From contig JBHJHA010000021.1 of assembly GCA_050331235.1 (NCBI GenBank), forward strand, positions 1-64,000: DNA of 64,000 nucleotides, read 5' to 3'. Every line of letters starts with the position of its first letter. Position 1 is the stretch's first letter. The notes under the pieces are model-generated. The model was not told the DNA's origin. It saw only the letters and a program-made list of their open reading frames with translations, and did no database searches. Source of the DNA: Leptolyngbyaceae cyanobacterium. GTDB taxonomy: Bacteria; Cyanobacteriota; Cyanobacteriia; Phormidesmidales; Phormidesmidaceae. Position numbers and translations under genes: made by a program. Of the stretch, positions 10,193 through 20,589 are shown in pieces.

Positions 10193-11218
10193 ATGTATCG
10201 AGTGGTGGTTAAAACGTTTGGTGGTGTGGAACAACTGTCGATTGTTGAGAGTCCCACCCCTGAGCCAGCCGCTGATGAAGTCTTAGTACGTCTGACCAGC
10301 ATCGGGATGAATCATGCCGAACTGATGGCCCGACGGGGGGAATATCGTCTAGTCTCGGGGGCCCCGCCCTTTACGCCGGGCTTAGAAGGGGGCGGCTTTA
10401 TTGAGGCTGTGGGGGCCGCGGTTGCGAATACTGACAATGCCTCAGCTCGGCGGCAAGTGGGGCAGCGCGTCATCCTTGGACTGGATGCCCCCGTCAGTCG
10501 CGGCCTCGGTCAGGGAACCTATCAATCACACTATGTGGTCAGCGCTGACAAAACCGTGTTAGCGCCGAAGATGATCGCAGATGAGTTGTTAGGGGCTTTA
10601 TGGTTGCCGTTTCTCACCGCATGGGGCTGTTTGGTCTGGCGGCAGAATATGCAGCCCGGCGATCTCGTGTTGATTCCGGCGGCAAGCAGTAGTGTCGCGA
10701 TCGCGGCGTCTCAAGTGGTGAAATACTACGGTGGCGTAGCCGTCGGCACTACTACCAGTCCAGCAAAGGTAGCCCAACTGACAGCGATGCCGGAGGCGCA
10801 ATTTGGTCATTTGCTCGTGACGCGATCCCCTGACTGGTGGCGAGAAGCCAAAAAACTGGCTGAGGGTCGCGGCTACAACATCATTTTTGATCCCGTTGCT
10901 GCAGGAGTGTTTCTCAATCAGGAAATCCGCCTTTTAGCGCAGTATGGCACCCTCTGGATTTATGGACTGTTGGGAACGCCAGATGTGGTAGATGTCTCTC
11001 CCCTGATTCGTAAGATGGGCTCCATTCGAGGCTGGCTGCTGAATGAAATCGTCGCCAACGGCTCAGAGCAGGGCGCTTACCGCCACGTCTTGGAACAAGT
11101 TGCCAACGGAACGTATGCCTTACCCGTGGCTGGCAAGTTCTCCCTGCGGGACGTCCAGCAGGCTCACGCTGTAATGGAAGCGGGTGAACATATTGGCAAG
11201 CTAATTTTGGTACCTTGA
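10193..11218 (+). CDS. Zinc-binding/medium-chain dehydrogenase (quinone oxidoreductase-like)
   Basis: PFTPGLEGGG, AASSSVAIAA and AHAVMEAGEHIGKLIL motifs. Confidence 0.85.
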   Translation: MYRVVVKTFGGVEQLSIVESPTPEPAADEVLVRLTSIGMNHAELMARRGEYRLVSGAPPFTPGLEGGGFIEAVGAAVANTDNASARRQVGQRVILGLDAPVSRGLGQGTYQSHYVVSADKTVLAPKMIADELLGALWLPFLTAWGCLVWRQNMQPGDLVLIPAASSSVAIAASQVVKYYGGVAVGTTTSPAKVAQLTAMPEAQFGHLLVTRSPDWWREAKKLAEGRGYNIIFDPVAAGVFLNQEIRLLAQYGTLWIYGLLGTPDVVDVSPLIRKMGSIRGWLLNEIVANGSEQGAYRHVLEQVANGTYALPVAGKFSLRDVQQAHAVMEAGEHIGKLILVP

Positions 11219-11398
11219 AGCGATGCTTTGACGCGAAATGAGATGCATCCTATCTAACACGGGCGCGGGCAATCTGTGGTTCTGACCGCTCTGACGATAA
11301 ATCCTTCGCGATTTGGGATATCGCTGGTGAGGCTTTTCCTGGTTGCCCTTCCCCTAGTAGGATCACAAGTGTTGAGTCAAGGGCCGACAGTTAGCATT

Positions 11399-11899
11399 AT
11401 GAAACCTCTATCTATAAACGCGATCATGCGCCGAGTTGGGGTCAGCTTTTTACTGCTGTTCGCCGTGGTGGTGGTGGGTCTGACGCCTGCTTATGCCGAC
11501 AGCTATGACCGCCAAAACTTACGGATGTCTGACTTTTCAGAGCGCGATCTACAGGGTGATGATTTTACCCGTGCGGACTTGGCCAATGCGGACCTCCATG
11601 GAGCTGATCTGCGTGGTGCCCGGTTATTTGACACAACGCTCAGTCAGGCCAATATGACTGATGTCAATATGACAGGGGCCACCTTAGACGGGGCTCGCTT
11701 CATTCGCACCGACTTAACCAATGCCATCCTAGAAGGGGCCTACGCCTTTGATACAGATTTTCGCGGTGCCCTGATTGATGGGGCTGACTTTACCGATGTG
11801 CTCCTCGATCCCAAGACCAATGCTCAACTCTGAGAAGTTGCCAAAGGAACCAAACCGGTCACTGGGCGCGACACTCGCGATACGCTTTACTGCCCTTAG
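11399..11899 (+). CDS. Lumenal/periplasmic pentapeptide-repeat protein with in-frame TGA at 11831-11833
   Basis: Signal peptide (AYA), A(D/N)LXX repeats. The frame continues after TGA as EVAKGTKPVTGRDTRDTLYCP*, matching the family's usual LC...GTNPxTGxxTRxxLxC tail. Confidence 0.8.
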
Positions 11900-11999
11900 G
11901 CCTCTACCGACAAGCGATAGACCGGAGCACAGGCAATCAGCAGTTTTTTAAAGTCTAGACAGGTCATGACGTTGCCCCTGGCGGTTCAGCATACTCGGG

Positions 12000-12383
12000 C
12001 TAAGGCCTCAGTGGCGGCAACGTGTCTGGTGCGCTGACCTCAGTTGGCGGCGGATAGTCCCGACAACTCAAGACACCCTCCTGTTGCGCATCTCGCTGCT
12101 GCGGTTCGCTGCCCATTGCGCGCAGCGCGATCCTCGGGGCAAATCCAGGATGGCAACGGACCAGCACCTGCTCACCAGCTTGGGTCATGTACAAGACGGG
12201 AACGGGGGCACTATGCAAGATTTCAGTCACTAGGACTGGCTGGCTGGGAGCAATCGCCAGCACAGGCTGCGAGGAAACTAAGGTCATGGAGGCATGACTA
12301 GGGGCAAGTCTCCCGATCATCAGAACGATGAGAACAGCGCCGATGATCAGGCCGATCGCGCGGAGCCGAGGTTGTATTCTCAT
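12000..12383 (-). CDS. Hypothetical secreted or membrane-anchored protein
   Basis: N-terminal hydrophobic helix, two Cys (VRCHPG, LSCRD). Confidence 0.55.
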   Translation of the reverse strand: MRIQPRLRAIGLIIGAVLIVLMIGRLAPSHASMTLVSSQPVLAIAPSQPVLVTEILHSAPVPVLYMTQAGEQVLVRCHPGFAPRIALRAMGSEPQQRDAQQEGVLSCRDYPPPTEVSAPDTLPPLRP

Positions 12384-12438
12384 GGTCGTACTTCTCGATA
12401 AGTCGTGCTTCTCAATAATTGGGGTTAACCAGAGGAGT

Positions 12439-13323
12439 CTAAGCGGTCGGCGCCGGAGCATAGCCTCCAGTGTCCATCTGGCTGTCTGCCCGAGTTTGCT
12501 CCATGACGGGGGAGACTTGCCCCACGGGCAAAGGCTTTTGTGCTTGACTCAGTTGATTAAGCCAAAACACGGTCTCAGTTCGCACGGCGTCAAAGCCGGC
12601 ATAGCCCAACCAGGCATCCACGTTGCCCTGGCTGTAATCGCGAATGAAAGGCTCCTCAAACACCGTATTGAGCCAGTCAACTGCTCTCAAGGTTTGCTGA
12701 TTACCGTCCAAAATCAGGATTTGTCCCCCCGCTCGGAGTAGGCGAAATCCTTCTTGGAGGATCATTTTGGCGATCGCCGGGGGCGTTTCGTGCAATAGCA
12801 GCGTGGCAGACACGACATCAAATGTTTCTGTATCTAGCCCTGTCGTGCTGGCATCACCGTGGCGAAACATGATGTCTAAACCGGCCTCTTGGGCTTTCTT
12901 GTGGGCAATGACGAGCATCTGGGGCGACAAATCCAAACCGACCACCTCTGCCTCGGGAAACCGTCGCTTGAGCATCAAGGTGGTTGTGCCCGTGCCGCAG
13001 CCGAGGTCAAGAATGCGCCGGGGGTTCCCCTGAATAGCCTTGACCAAACTTTCTCGAACCCAGGTCTCTCCGGGCGGCAGCACGTACTGGGTGATGGGGT
13101 CATACGTAATTGCCGCATCGATATTCAGGTAGCCGTTGTTGATGCCGTGAAAATTATTGCTCCGATAGTAATCGGGATAGCCCACTTGGGGGTTAGCGAT
13201 CACCGCGGTTGCAGTATCCCAGTCAATGCTGTTGCGAAGTTTTAGCAAGGCTTCGCGGTCAATGAGTTGCCCAAAAACGGGCGCGAGGAACTGTTCAAAC
13301 AGGCTTTTTGCTGGAGTTGCCAT
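12439..13323 (-). CDS. Class I SAM-dependent methyltransferase
   Basis: ILDLGCGTGT, VVGLDLSP and LLHETP motifs. Confidence 0.9.
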   Translation of the reverse strand: MATPAKSLFEQFLAPVFGQLIDREALLKLRNSIDWDTATAVIANPQVGYPDYYRSNNFHGINNGYLNIDAAITYDPITQYVLPPGETWVRESLVKAIQGNPRRILDLGCGTGTTTLMLKRRFPEAEVVGLDLSPQMLVIAHKKAQEAGLDIMFRHGDASTTGLDTETFDVVSATLLLHETPPAIAKMILQEGFRLLRAGGQILILDGNQQTLRAVDWLNTVFEEPFIRDYSQGNVDAWLGYAGFDAVRTETVFWLNQLSQAQKPLPVGQVSPVMEQTRADSQMDTGGYAPAPTA

Positions 13324-13455
13324 TGGCGGATGACTCGTAGGGGATGGGGGCGGGCGATCGCCTGTCTAAAATTTAGCTGCCACCAAAAAGAATCGCCACT
13401 AGCTGGCTAGGCCCCCGTGCCTGGGTAGCCTGCAGCCGCGATCGATCACCCCAAA

Positions 13456-13704
13456 CTAAGTGGGCACAAGCTCACCAGGCCGTAGCTTCGACCATTTGCC
13501 CATTTCTTCAGCGAAGCTTTCACAGCCGACAACATCCCACTCCATCTCAATAATTTCGCCATCTTGGCGAATGTTGACGTTAATCGTTGGGTTGATGGCC
13601 TCAAAATCAGGCGACTCCGTCAGATGGGGCTGGTGATGTTGCGCCTCAACCGCGTTGTAGGTGCTGCAGCGATCAACATATTGGCAATTCACACAAATGC
13701 ACAT
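13456..13704 (-). CDS. ycf34: Ycf34 family Fe-S protein
   Basis: MCICVNCQYVDRC...EWDVVGCESF. Confidence 0.92.
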   Translation of the reverse strand: MCICVNCQYVDRCSTYNAVEAQHHQPHLTESPDFEAINPTINVNIRQDGEIIEMEWDVVGCESFAEEMGKWSKLRPGELVPT

Positions 13705-13888
13705 AGATCTTTTCCAGTGAAACAGCCTACTGTGTAACAAGGAAATGCTAAGTTTTTGCTAATCTAACGCAACTTACTCATCCGCTGCTTTCATCGAGCT
13801 CCGCAATGTTGCAAAATGAAAAGCCTTGGTTTCATCGCTGGTGTCTTACCAGCGCGAAAGCTGCTGTTGTCTACCCTGTCGATTTTAA

Positions 13889-15199
13889 TTGCGCGCTGTT
13901 TCTCTCAATCAATTTTCCTTCGCTGCGACTGCTTTGTCCGTGGGCTCTGTTTTATCACCTCAGACCTGGCCATTTGAACTGTCTCTATTGCCGCAGTCGG
14001 CACATCTAGTAGGCGGCAGCGTGCGCGATGCCTTATTGGGGCGCAAGGCCGATTATTTAGATCTTGATTTTGTGGTGCCGGGCAACGCGATTGAAACGGC
14101 CAAAATCATTGCCCATCAATATGCTGCGGGCTTTGTGGTATTAGACCCTAGGAACCAAATTGCGCGGGTGGTCTTTGACCATGCCACGGTGGATTTTGCC
14201 CAGCAAGTGGGAGACAGCTTGGAGTCTGATCTGCATCGGCGTGATTTTACGGTCAACGCGATCGCCTATCATCCCCACACCGAGCAGATTTTTGATCCGC
14301 TTGGGGGCTGTGCTGATCTCGAGCAGCGCCGCTTACGGATGATTGCCGCTGATAATTTAGCCGACGATCCGCTGCGGCTTTTGCGGGCCTATCGGCAGGC
14401 AGCTCAGCTCGACTTTCGCCTAGATGAGCCGACGCGCTCAACGATCTATCAGCTGGCACCGCTGCTGGGCAAAGTGGCGGCCGAGCGGGTGCGGGGGGAG
14501 CTGGATAGCCTGCTGAGCAAAGCTGCGGGCACTCCCTTGATGAAGTTGGCTTGGACCGACGGGGTGCTGCGCAGTTGGCTACCGCATCTGTCGGCACCAC
14601 AGATTGCCCAATTGGCCGCTGTTGATCAGGCGGCGATGCGGCTGCGCGAATACCATCCACAATTTGCCGATTTAACGACGAGCTGGTTAAAGGAGCAAAC
14701 CCCTCCCGGCTTTCATCGCAGTTGGTTCAAAGCGGCCAAACTCAGCTGCATCCTATCGCCCAAGGTTGAAAAAGCTGAGACTGAGCTCCTTGGTTTCAAG
14801 TACAGCCGGGCCGAGCAGCAAGCCGTATTAGCTATTTTGAAAGGCTTGGAGATTTTACAGGCGATCGCTCAGGGAGCCGACTCCCGTCGCCAGCAGTATG
14901 AGCTGTTCAAAGTTTCAGGGCAGAGCTTCATTGGTCTGGTCTTGGTGGGGTTAGCGACGGAGGTTGAGTTTGCTACGCTGGTCCCGCTCATTGAGCGATT
15001 CTTAGATCCCCATGACCCCGTAGCCCATCCCTGTTCGCTGGTGAGTGGTCGCGACTTAATTCAGCAGTTGGCCATGCGGCCAGGCCCTCACATTGGGCAA
15101 CTGTTGGCTGCGGCTGAACTAGCCCACGCGGAGGGACATGTTGTCACTCACCAAGAAGCGCTCGAGTGGATTCGCCGGGAGGCCAACCAACTGCCCTGA
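13889..15199 (+). CDS. tRNA nucleotidyltransferase, class II (probably the CC-adding type)
   Basis: LVGGSVRDALL, DLDF, RRDFTVNA and DDPLRLLR motifs; very short segment between VDFA and DLHRRD. Confidence 0.88.
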   Translation: MRAVSLNQFSFAATALSVGSVLSPQTWPFELSLLPQSAHLVGGSVRDALLGRKADYLDLDFVVPGNAIETAKIIAHQYAAGFVVLDPRNQIARVVFDHATVDFAQQVGDSLESDLHRRDFTVNAIAYHPHTEQIFDPLGGCADLEQRRLRMIAADNLADDPLRLLRAYRQAAQLDFRLDEPTRSTIYQLAPLLGKVAAERVRGELDSLLSKAAGTPLMKLAWTDGVLRSWLPHLSAPQIAQLAAVDQAAMRLREYHPQFADLTTSWLKEQTPPGFHRSWFKAAKLSCILSPKVEKAETELLGFKYSRAEQQAVLAILKGLEILQAIAQGADSRRQQYELFKVSGQSFIGLVLVGLATEVEFATLVPLIERFLDPHDPVAHPCSLVSGRDLIQQLAMRPGPHIGQLLAAAELAHAEGHVVTHQEALEWIRREANQLP

Positions 15200-15245
15200 T
15201 GGGAGTTGAAAGCGCTAGCGATTATCGCCGGTAGGGTAGGGGCGT

Positions 15246-17627
15246 TTACAGGGGCTCGGGATTGCCCACTAGGACAAAAGCCGCCCACGCCAGGGGATCT
15301 GGATAAATCGCCCGAGTGTGTAGCATGGCTTGGCGTAGTGCCTGGGCTTTGTTTTTGTCCTGTTGCAGTTCGGCGTAAAAGGCTTGCATCAAGATGGCTG
15401 TGGGTTCGTCGGGCACTGACCAGAGGGACACCACCGTACTTTTGGCACCGGCCGCCAGCAGCGATCGCGACAGCCCCACAACTCCGTCGCCGGTTACTTC
15501 GCCCAAACCCGTATCGCAGGCGCTCAGCACTACGAGCTGGGCCGAGAGCGAAAGGTTAGCGATTTCTCGGGCCGTGAGGAGACCATCGGCAGTCTCAGAC
15601 GGGGCAAGGGCGATCGCCCCCGGTATGGGAATGCGATCCTGCGTATCTACATAATCTAGGAGGCCATGGGTCGCCAGGTGAATCAAGGATGCCTGCTCCA
15701 TTTCCGCGGTGATTTTAGTCTCGGTGGCGTCGCTGCCGAGAATCGCCTGCGTTTGCAAGAGGGCCGCAATCTCCTCCGCTTCTACTTCCGCTCCGGGCAA
15801 CGGGACTTACTCATCCGCTTCGGGCAGGGGGGGCATGGTGGGGTTGCCCACGACGAGGGGGGCGATCGCTGCAGACGTGGATGGTGTTTCCAGAGTGAGT
15901 TCTAACAGCTGAATCGAAGGAGCCGTCACCAGCGTATGGCGTTCGATCAGGGCTCGCCCGGTGGCATCGGTCAGGGCTGCAAAGGGTAAGTAAAACAGTG
16001 ACTCATGGGGAATCAACACCACAAGATCATCGGGGTTGTCGGGCAAAACATCAGCAATGGGCGCGATCAGCTGCTGATAGATTTCCGAGAGCTCAGAATT
16101 ATTGGCTGCCGGTTTATCCACGGGCCGTACCCCCACACTGCGGGTGCGCCCCAGGGCCCCTAAGGCTGACCGACTCGCCTGCACCTGCTGGTCTAAATCA
16201 ATGTCGGTCAAGCCCACTTCTTCAAACCTGACGATGCCCTCCGGGGTAATCACCCAGATAAACACCCGCGCTGCCCGCCCCCGCTGCTGCCCGTGAATGA
16301 CAAACTCGTCATCGGGAACGACGGCAAACTCGACCAGCGTGGCATTTGAGGTTTGAGCAATCTGCTTAAATTGCTCAAGGCTGGGGGGGGGAAGCTTGGC
16401 GCTAGATCCGGCCAACAGTTCCACAAAAGCCCTGGCTCTGCCTAACTCTGATGTTTCCAGAGCTGCTGCAAAATCGCCTTGGGCCACTTGGATTTGCATC
16501 AGCAGGTTGTATGTGTAAATCTGCGTATCGAAGACGTTGACTTTATCGGCATCGGCCAGCCCTTCCCGCAGCTCTGATAGTAGCGTGATCGACTCTTGGA
16601 CGGCGGCTTCGGCATCTGTCAGATTGCCCAAACGAAACTGGGTGTTCGCCAGATTGTTCAGGACGTTAGCTAGCAGCCTCGGTTCTTCTAAAGCGCGGGT
16701 GATTTGCAGGCTGGCCCGGTGACTTTGCAAGGCTTCGTCGAGCCGCTCGAGCCCTTCGAGGGTGACGCCGATATTGGTCAGGGCGCTCGCCTGGAGGGCA
16801 CGATTGTTGGTTTGACGCGCCAAGGCTAACCCATTACGAAATTGAGCCAAGGCATCATCGTACTGCTCGAGTTTTTGCAAGGTGCCTCCCAGATTGTTGA
16901 GGCCATAGGCGGCGGACCCGAGGTTACCGATCGCATGGGCCAGGTCAATGCCCGCTTCATAGGTTTCCACCGCCCGGTCATATTCCCCTTGCAGGCTGTA
17001 CAGCCCGCCCAGATTCATCAGAGCTGTCGCCTCCTGGGTCAACGCCTCAGCCTCACGGGCGATCGCCAGACTCGTCTGCTGGGCCGCGATCGCCGAGTCG
17101 TAATCGCCCAAGGACTCATAGGTATTGCCCAATAATCCGTGAAGCTGGGCGATCGCGCCGGAGGCAGCTTGGCCTTGGAGGAGGGCGATCGCTTGCTCAT
17201 AGGTTGAGATGGCGTCGTTGTATCGACCGTAGGCCTGGTAGGCAATGCCCAAGTTGCCCAAGGCCTGGGCTTCTAGCCCCCAACTCTCAAAGCGTTGGGC
17301 CAGCTCGACACTGGCCTGGGCATAGGCAATCGCCGCTTGGTAGCGTCCCAGGGAAATCGCCGCCGCCGCCAAAGCATTATTCGTTGTGGCGGCCTGTTGC
17401 TGATTACCAGCTGCTTCATACTGTGCCAGCGCTTGCTGCCAGGCGGCGATCGCCCCTTCATAGTCATTGGCTTGAAAGGCTGCCATCCCCGCTTGAAAGC
17501 TCTCCGCCGCGGTTGGTTGAGCTTGCGCGAGGTGAGCAAGTGCCGCCGCTACCCCAAACCTTGGGACCAAAGCCGGGAAATGAAATCTGTCCGTAGAAAA
17601 CGTAGCCGCTAGCAAAAGGTCAAACAT
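15246..17627 (-). CDS. TPR-repeat + CHAT (caspase-like) protease interrupted by an in-frame TAA at 15807-15809 (pseudogene or sequence error)
   Basis: ORFs 15807-17627 and 15246-15800 are in one frame (...PLPEADE*VPLPGAEVEA...). Several TPRs, ELGRARAF, LIPHESLFYLPFAAL, catalytic HLATHG and LSACDTG, SLWSV. Confidence 0.85.
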
Positions 17628-17659
17628 TGCACAGCGCTGCCAGACAACAACTTACCGTT

Positions 17660-20260
17660 CTATTCCGCCACACAGTTTGCATTGGTGACTTCAATGTCCT
17701 CCTCACAAACTTCCAACACTGCGTCAGTGTCACCCTCAACGTCAGCGGTGCGAGCACTGCCCCCACGGTCAATGTCGGAAATATTGGCAACGGTTTCGGG
17801 GGCCACGGCCGTTTCAGCCGTATCAGAGACAAACACAGGATTTTCCAGTGCTAGGGGGGCACCCGGGTTGATATCGCCTGCCTCTGGTGGCGGAGCAACG
17901 GTCGCGTCAAGGGTAAAGGCCTGATTTTCAAATCGAGTGACTAATACCCGGTCTGGACGAATGTGGAGGATTTCTTTGAACGTGCCGCTTTGCTCGACGG
18001 ATAGTGCTGTGCCCACATCGGCAAAAAACGCTAAATCTGACTCCCCTAACGTCTCCAGCGCGTCGATCGCGATATGCACGCCCGGTGTAGCGTCTGGGGC
18101 GATCGCCGTGCCCCGTTGCACCGTAATGGGCACTTCGTTAATGCTCAACACTGGTGGATCACCACCGCCGATGGCCTCGCCAAACACTTGGTCTTGAATC
18201 GCCACAATAATGCTGGGCGTCACCACTTCATCATCGGCTCCGTCACCGTCCTGCTGATTTGTCCTGACAGGAAAGGTACCCGTCGCTTGGAACTGCCCAG
18301 CCGAGTTGACCACCACACCGCCGGCCCCCGCCAAAATGGCCTCGACCACAATGTCTCCAGAGGTGCTGGTGAGCGTCACGTTGCTGACGTTGCCAGCGCC
18401 CAACCCGGTGATGGCATTACTGACAGGAACACCCTCGACAGAAACCGGTGCTCCTAAGGGCGTGGCTGCCTGTAGCGCGTTCAAGACGCCCGCCGTCACC
18501 GTCACCCCAGTCAGACGAATGCTGCCATCCAGACTCTCTGAGATATCGACAGCGGTGCCATCCCGTAGCGTCGAGATGGTGCCAATGGTCACGTTTCCCC
18601 CTGCCTGAATGACGACATCGCGACCAGGGGCCACGATCGCATCATCCGTCGCCATGGCAAAATCCCCCCCCGCCTCAAACCGAATCGGGGCGGGGTCACT
18701 GGGCACCGTTGCAGGTAGCTCCGTCACCGGATTGTTGGCATTATCCAATAAGGGCAATCGCGCTTGAAACACCAATTCATTGTCCGCTAAGTCTTCTATG
18801 GTGATGCGGTTGCTGGCTCTGAGGGTTACGGCAGTGTCGCCACTCAAGCCTTCTAACTCTGACTCATAGATTTCAGTCGGTCCCACAGCCGCCAGGGGAA
18901 TGCCGGGTTCGCTCAATAACGCCGGGAGACCATCGCTGTCATCGCCATCCGCTGCGCCATTGCGGATGACAATATCCACAGGGTCAATCAGCAGTTCGCC
19001 AGTCTGGCCCTGGGGGGCGGTGGTGACTACTTCGCCTCGAAAGACGAGCGACTCAGCCCCGGAGACTTCGACAAAGCCCCCATTACCGCTTTGGGCTCCG
19101 CCTTGGGCTGAGAGCCTGCCGCCAAATGCGGTAGCGCCATCGGACCAGAGAATGACGGTGCCGCCATCCCCATTGCCCCAACTATCGGCCGCGATCGCAC
19201 TCTCAGCATCCATGTAGGTGAGGCTCGACCCCGGCAAGGTTGACTGCCCTTCGCGATCGCCCCCCACGCGCACCGTTCCTCCCCCGACCGTGCCACTGGC
19301 ATTGATCTCAGTGCTGAGCAAGCTGACGCGATCACCTACCAGCGTGACCTGACCGCCCAATTCACCCCTGGTGTCGAGGGAGCCGCCAGCGATAATTGTG
19401 CTCTCTGGCCGCGCCGCGACGGTGGTATCCACCAGCGTGATTGTGCCATCGGCCTGGGGCATGATGCCTGTGGCGCTGCCAATATCGCCCCCGGTGAGCA
19501 ACTCCGGCAGTGACGTCGGGGCAAATGGAAGACCCGCTATATCAGCCCCCGTCTGGGCTGCAATCTCTAGGCTCAGCACTAAGTTGGACTGGCTGATACG
19601 CACTAGCGCGCTATCGGAAACCGCCGCGATCGTAATATCTCCTCCAGGAGCCGTGAGCGTGCCAGTAGAAATCACCTGGTCGCCTATTAGAGTAATGGAC
19701 TCACCTGGGGCCACGTTCAGATGTGCGGCATTGACAATAGCTCCAGCACCTTCAGCAAAGGCAAACCCTGTAGGCATCCCGGCGAACTGACTGAAATCGT
19801 CGCCATTTAAAACGTGGAAGATCGCATCATCAAACAGCACGCCGCTAGCGGTCGTGGCCGCAAATGAACCGGCCAAATCAAGTTGAGCATTGGGACCCAA
19901 CAAAATACCGGCAGGGTTGATCAAATACAAATCGGCCGGGCTACCGGTCACCTGCAACAGGCCGTCGATATAAGATGCCTGACCGCCGGCAACGCTCCCC
20001 AAAATCGACTGGATCTCGGGCTGTGCTAAAAACGTTGCGGCCTGGGCCTGGGTCAAGCCAAAGGATTGAAAAGTATGAAACAGCGCTTGCCCATCCGCTG
20101 ACGTGATTCCCCCGGTAATCTCAAACTGGTTACCCGACTGAGTAACAATAGTTGCATCGGCATCGGACACAACTGGGCTCGCGATCGCGGTGAGGCTACT
20201 CAGCCAATAGAGGCTACTCCCAGTCAGTGCAGTTGCCTGGTAAATCAGTTTCATCTGCAT
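17660..20260 (-). CDS. Filamentous-haemagglutinin N-terminal (TPS) domain exoprotein
   Basis: LFHTFQSFGL, ASYIDGLLQV, LYLINPAGILLGPNA, GNGGFVEVSG and GELLIDPVDI motifs. Confidence 0.88.
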   Translation of the reverse strand: MQMKLIYQATALTGSSLYWLSSLTAIASPVVSDADATIVTQSGNQFEITGGITSADGQALFHTFQSFGLTQAQAATFLAQPEIQSILGSVAGGQASYIDGLLQVTGSPADLYLINPAGILLGPNAQLDLAGSFAATTASGVLFDDAIFHVLNGDDFSQFAGMPTGFAFAEGAGAIVNAAHLNVAPGESITLIGDQVISTGTLTAPGGDITIAAVSDSALVRISQSNLVLSLEIAAQTGADIAGLPFAPTSLPELLTGGDIGSATGIMPQADGTITLVDTTVAARPESTIIAGGSLDTRGELGGQVTLVGDRVSLLSTEINASGTVGGGTVRVGGDREGQSTLPGSSLTYMDAESAIAADSWGNGDGGTVILWSDGATAFGGRLSAQGGAQSGNGGFVEVSGAESLVFRGEVVTTAPQGQTGELLIDPVDIVIRNGAADGDDSDGLPALLSEPGIPLAAVGPTEIYESELEGLSGDTAVTLRASNRITIEDLADNELVFQARLPLLDNANNPVTELPATVPSDPAPIRFEAGGDFAMATDDAIVAPGRDVVIQAGGNVTIGTISTLRDGTAVDISESLDGSIRLTGVTVTAGVLNALQAATPLGAPVSVEGVPVSNAITGLGAGNVSNVTLTSTSGDIVVEAILAGAGGVVVNSAGQFQATGTFPVRTNQQDGDGADDEVVTPSIIVAIQDQVFGEAIGGGDPPVLSINEVPITVQRGTAIAPDATPGVHIAIDALETLGESDLAFFADVGTALSVEQSGTFKEILHIRPDRVLVTRFENQAFTLDATVAPPPEAGDINPGAPLALENPVFVSDTAETAVAPETVANISDIDRGGSARTADVEGDTDAVLEVCEEDIEVTNANCVAE

Positions 20261-20589
20261 AGGTTGAGTTCCCGTGAGACGACAGAGGGTGCATTAAGCG
20301 ACTCTCATCAAGCCGCGAAGAGAGGCGCGATCGCCGCCAATATGAAAAGAGTAGACACCTTTCTAATGAGCATCAAGCTGTATGAATCCTTTAATTCACC
20401 GAATAACATGGTTAGGCACCCATGTAGAAAAATTGGTCCCTCTGCTTCTGTTTTAAGCTTCAAGCTCAGTTTGTCAAGAAATATCCAAACTCGTCCTACC
20501 AAGAAAGTTAATGGTGCTGGTAAACAATGCCGAGGATCTTTAAGCGTCGATGCTTGAGTGACTCAGTTTGGAAGGGAGTCAGCCGCTTC

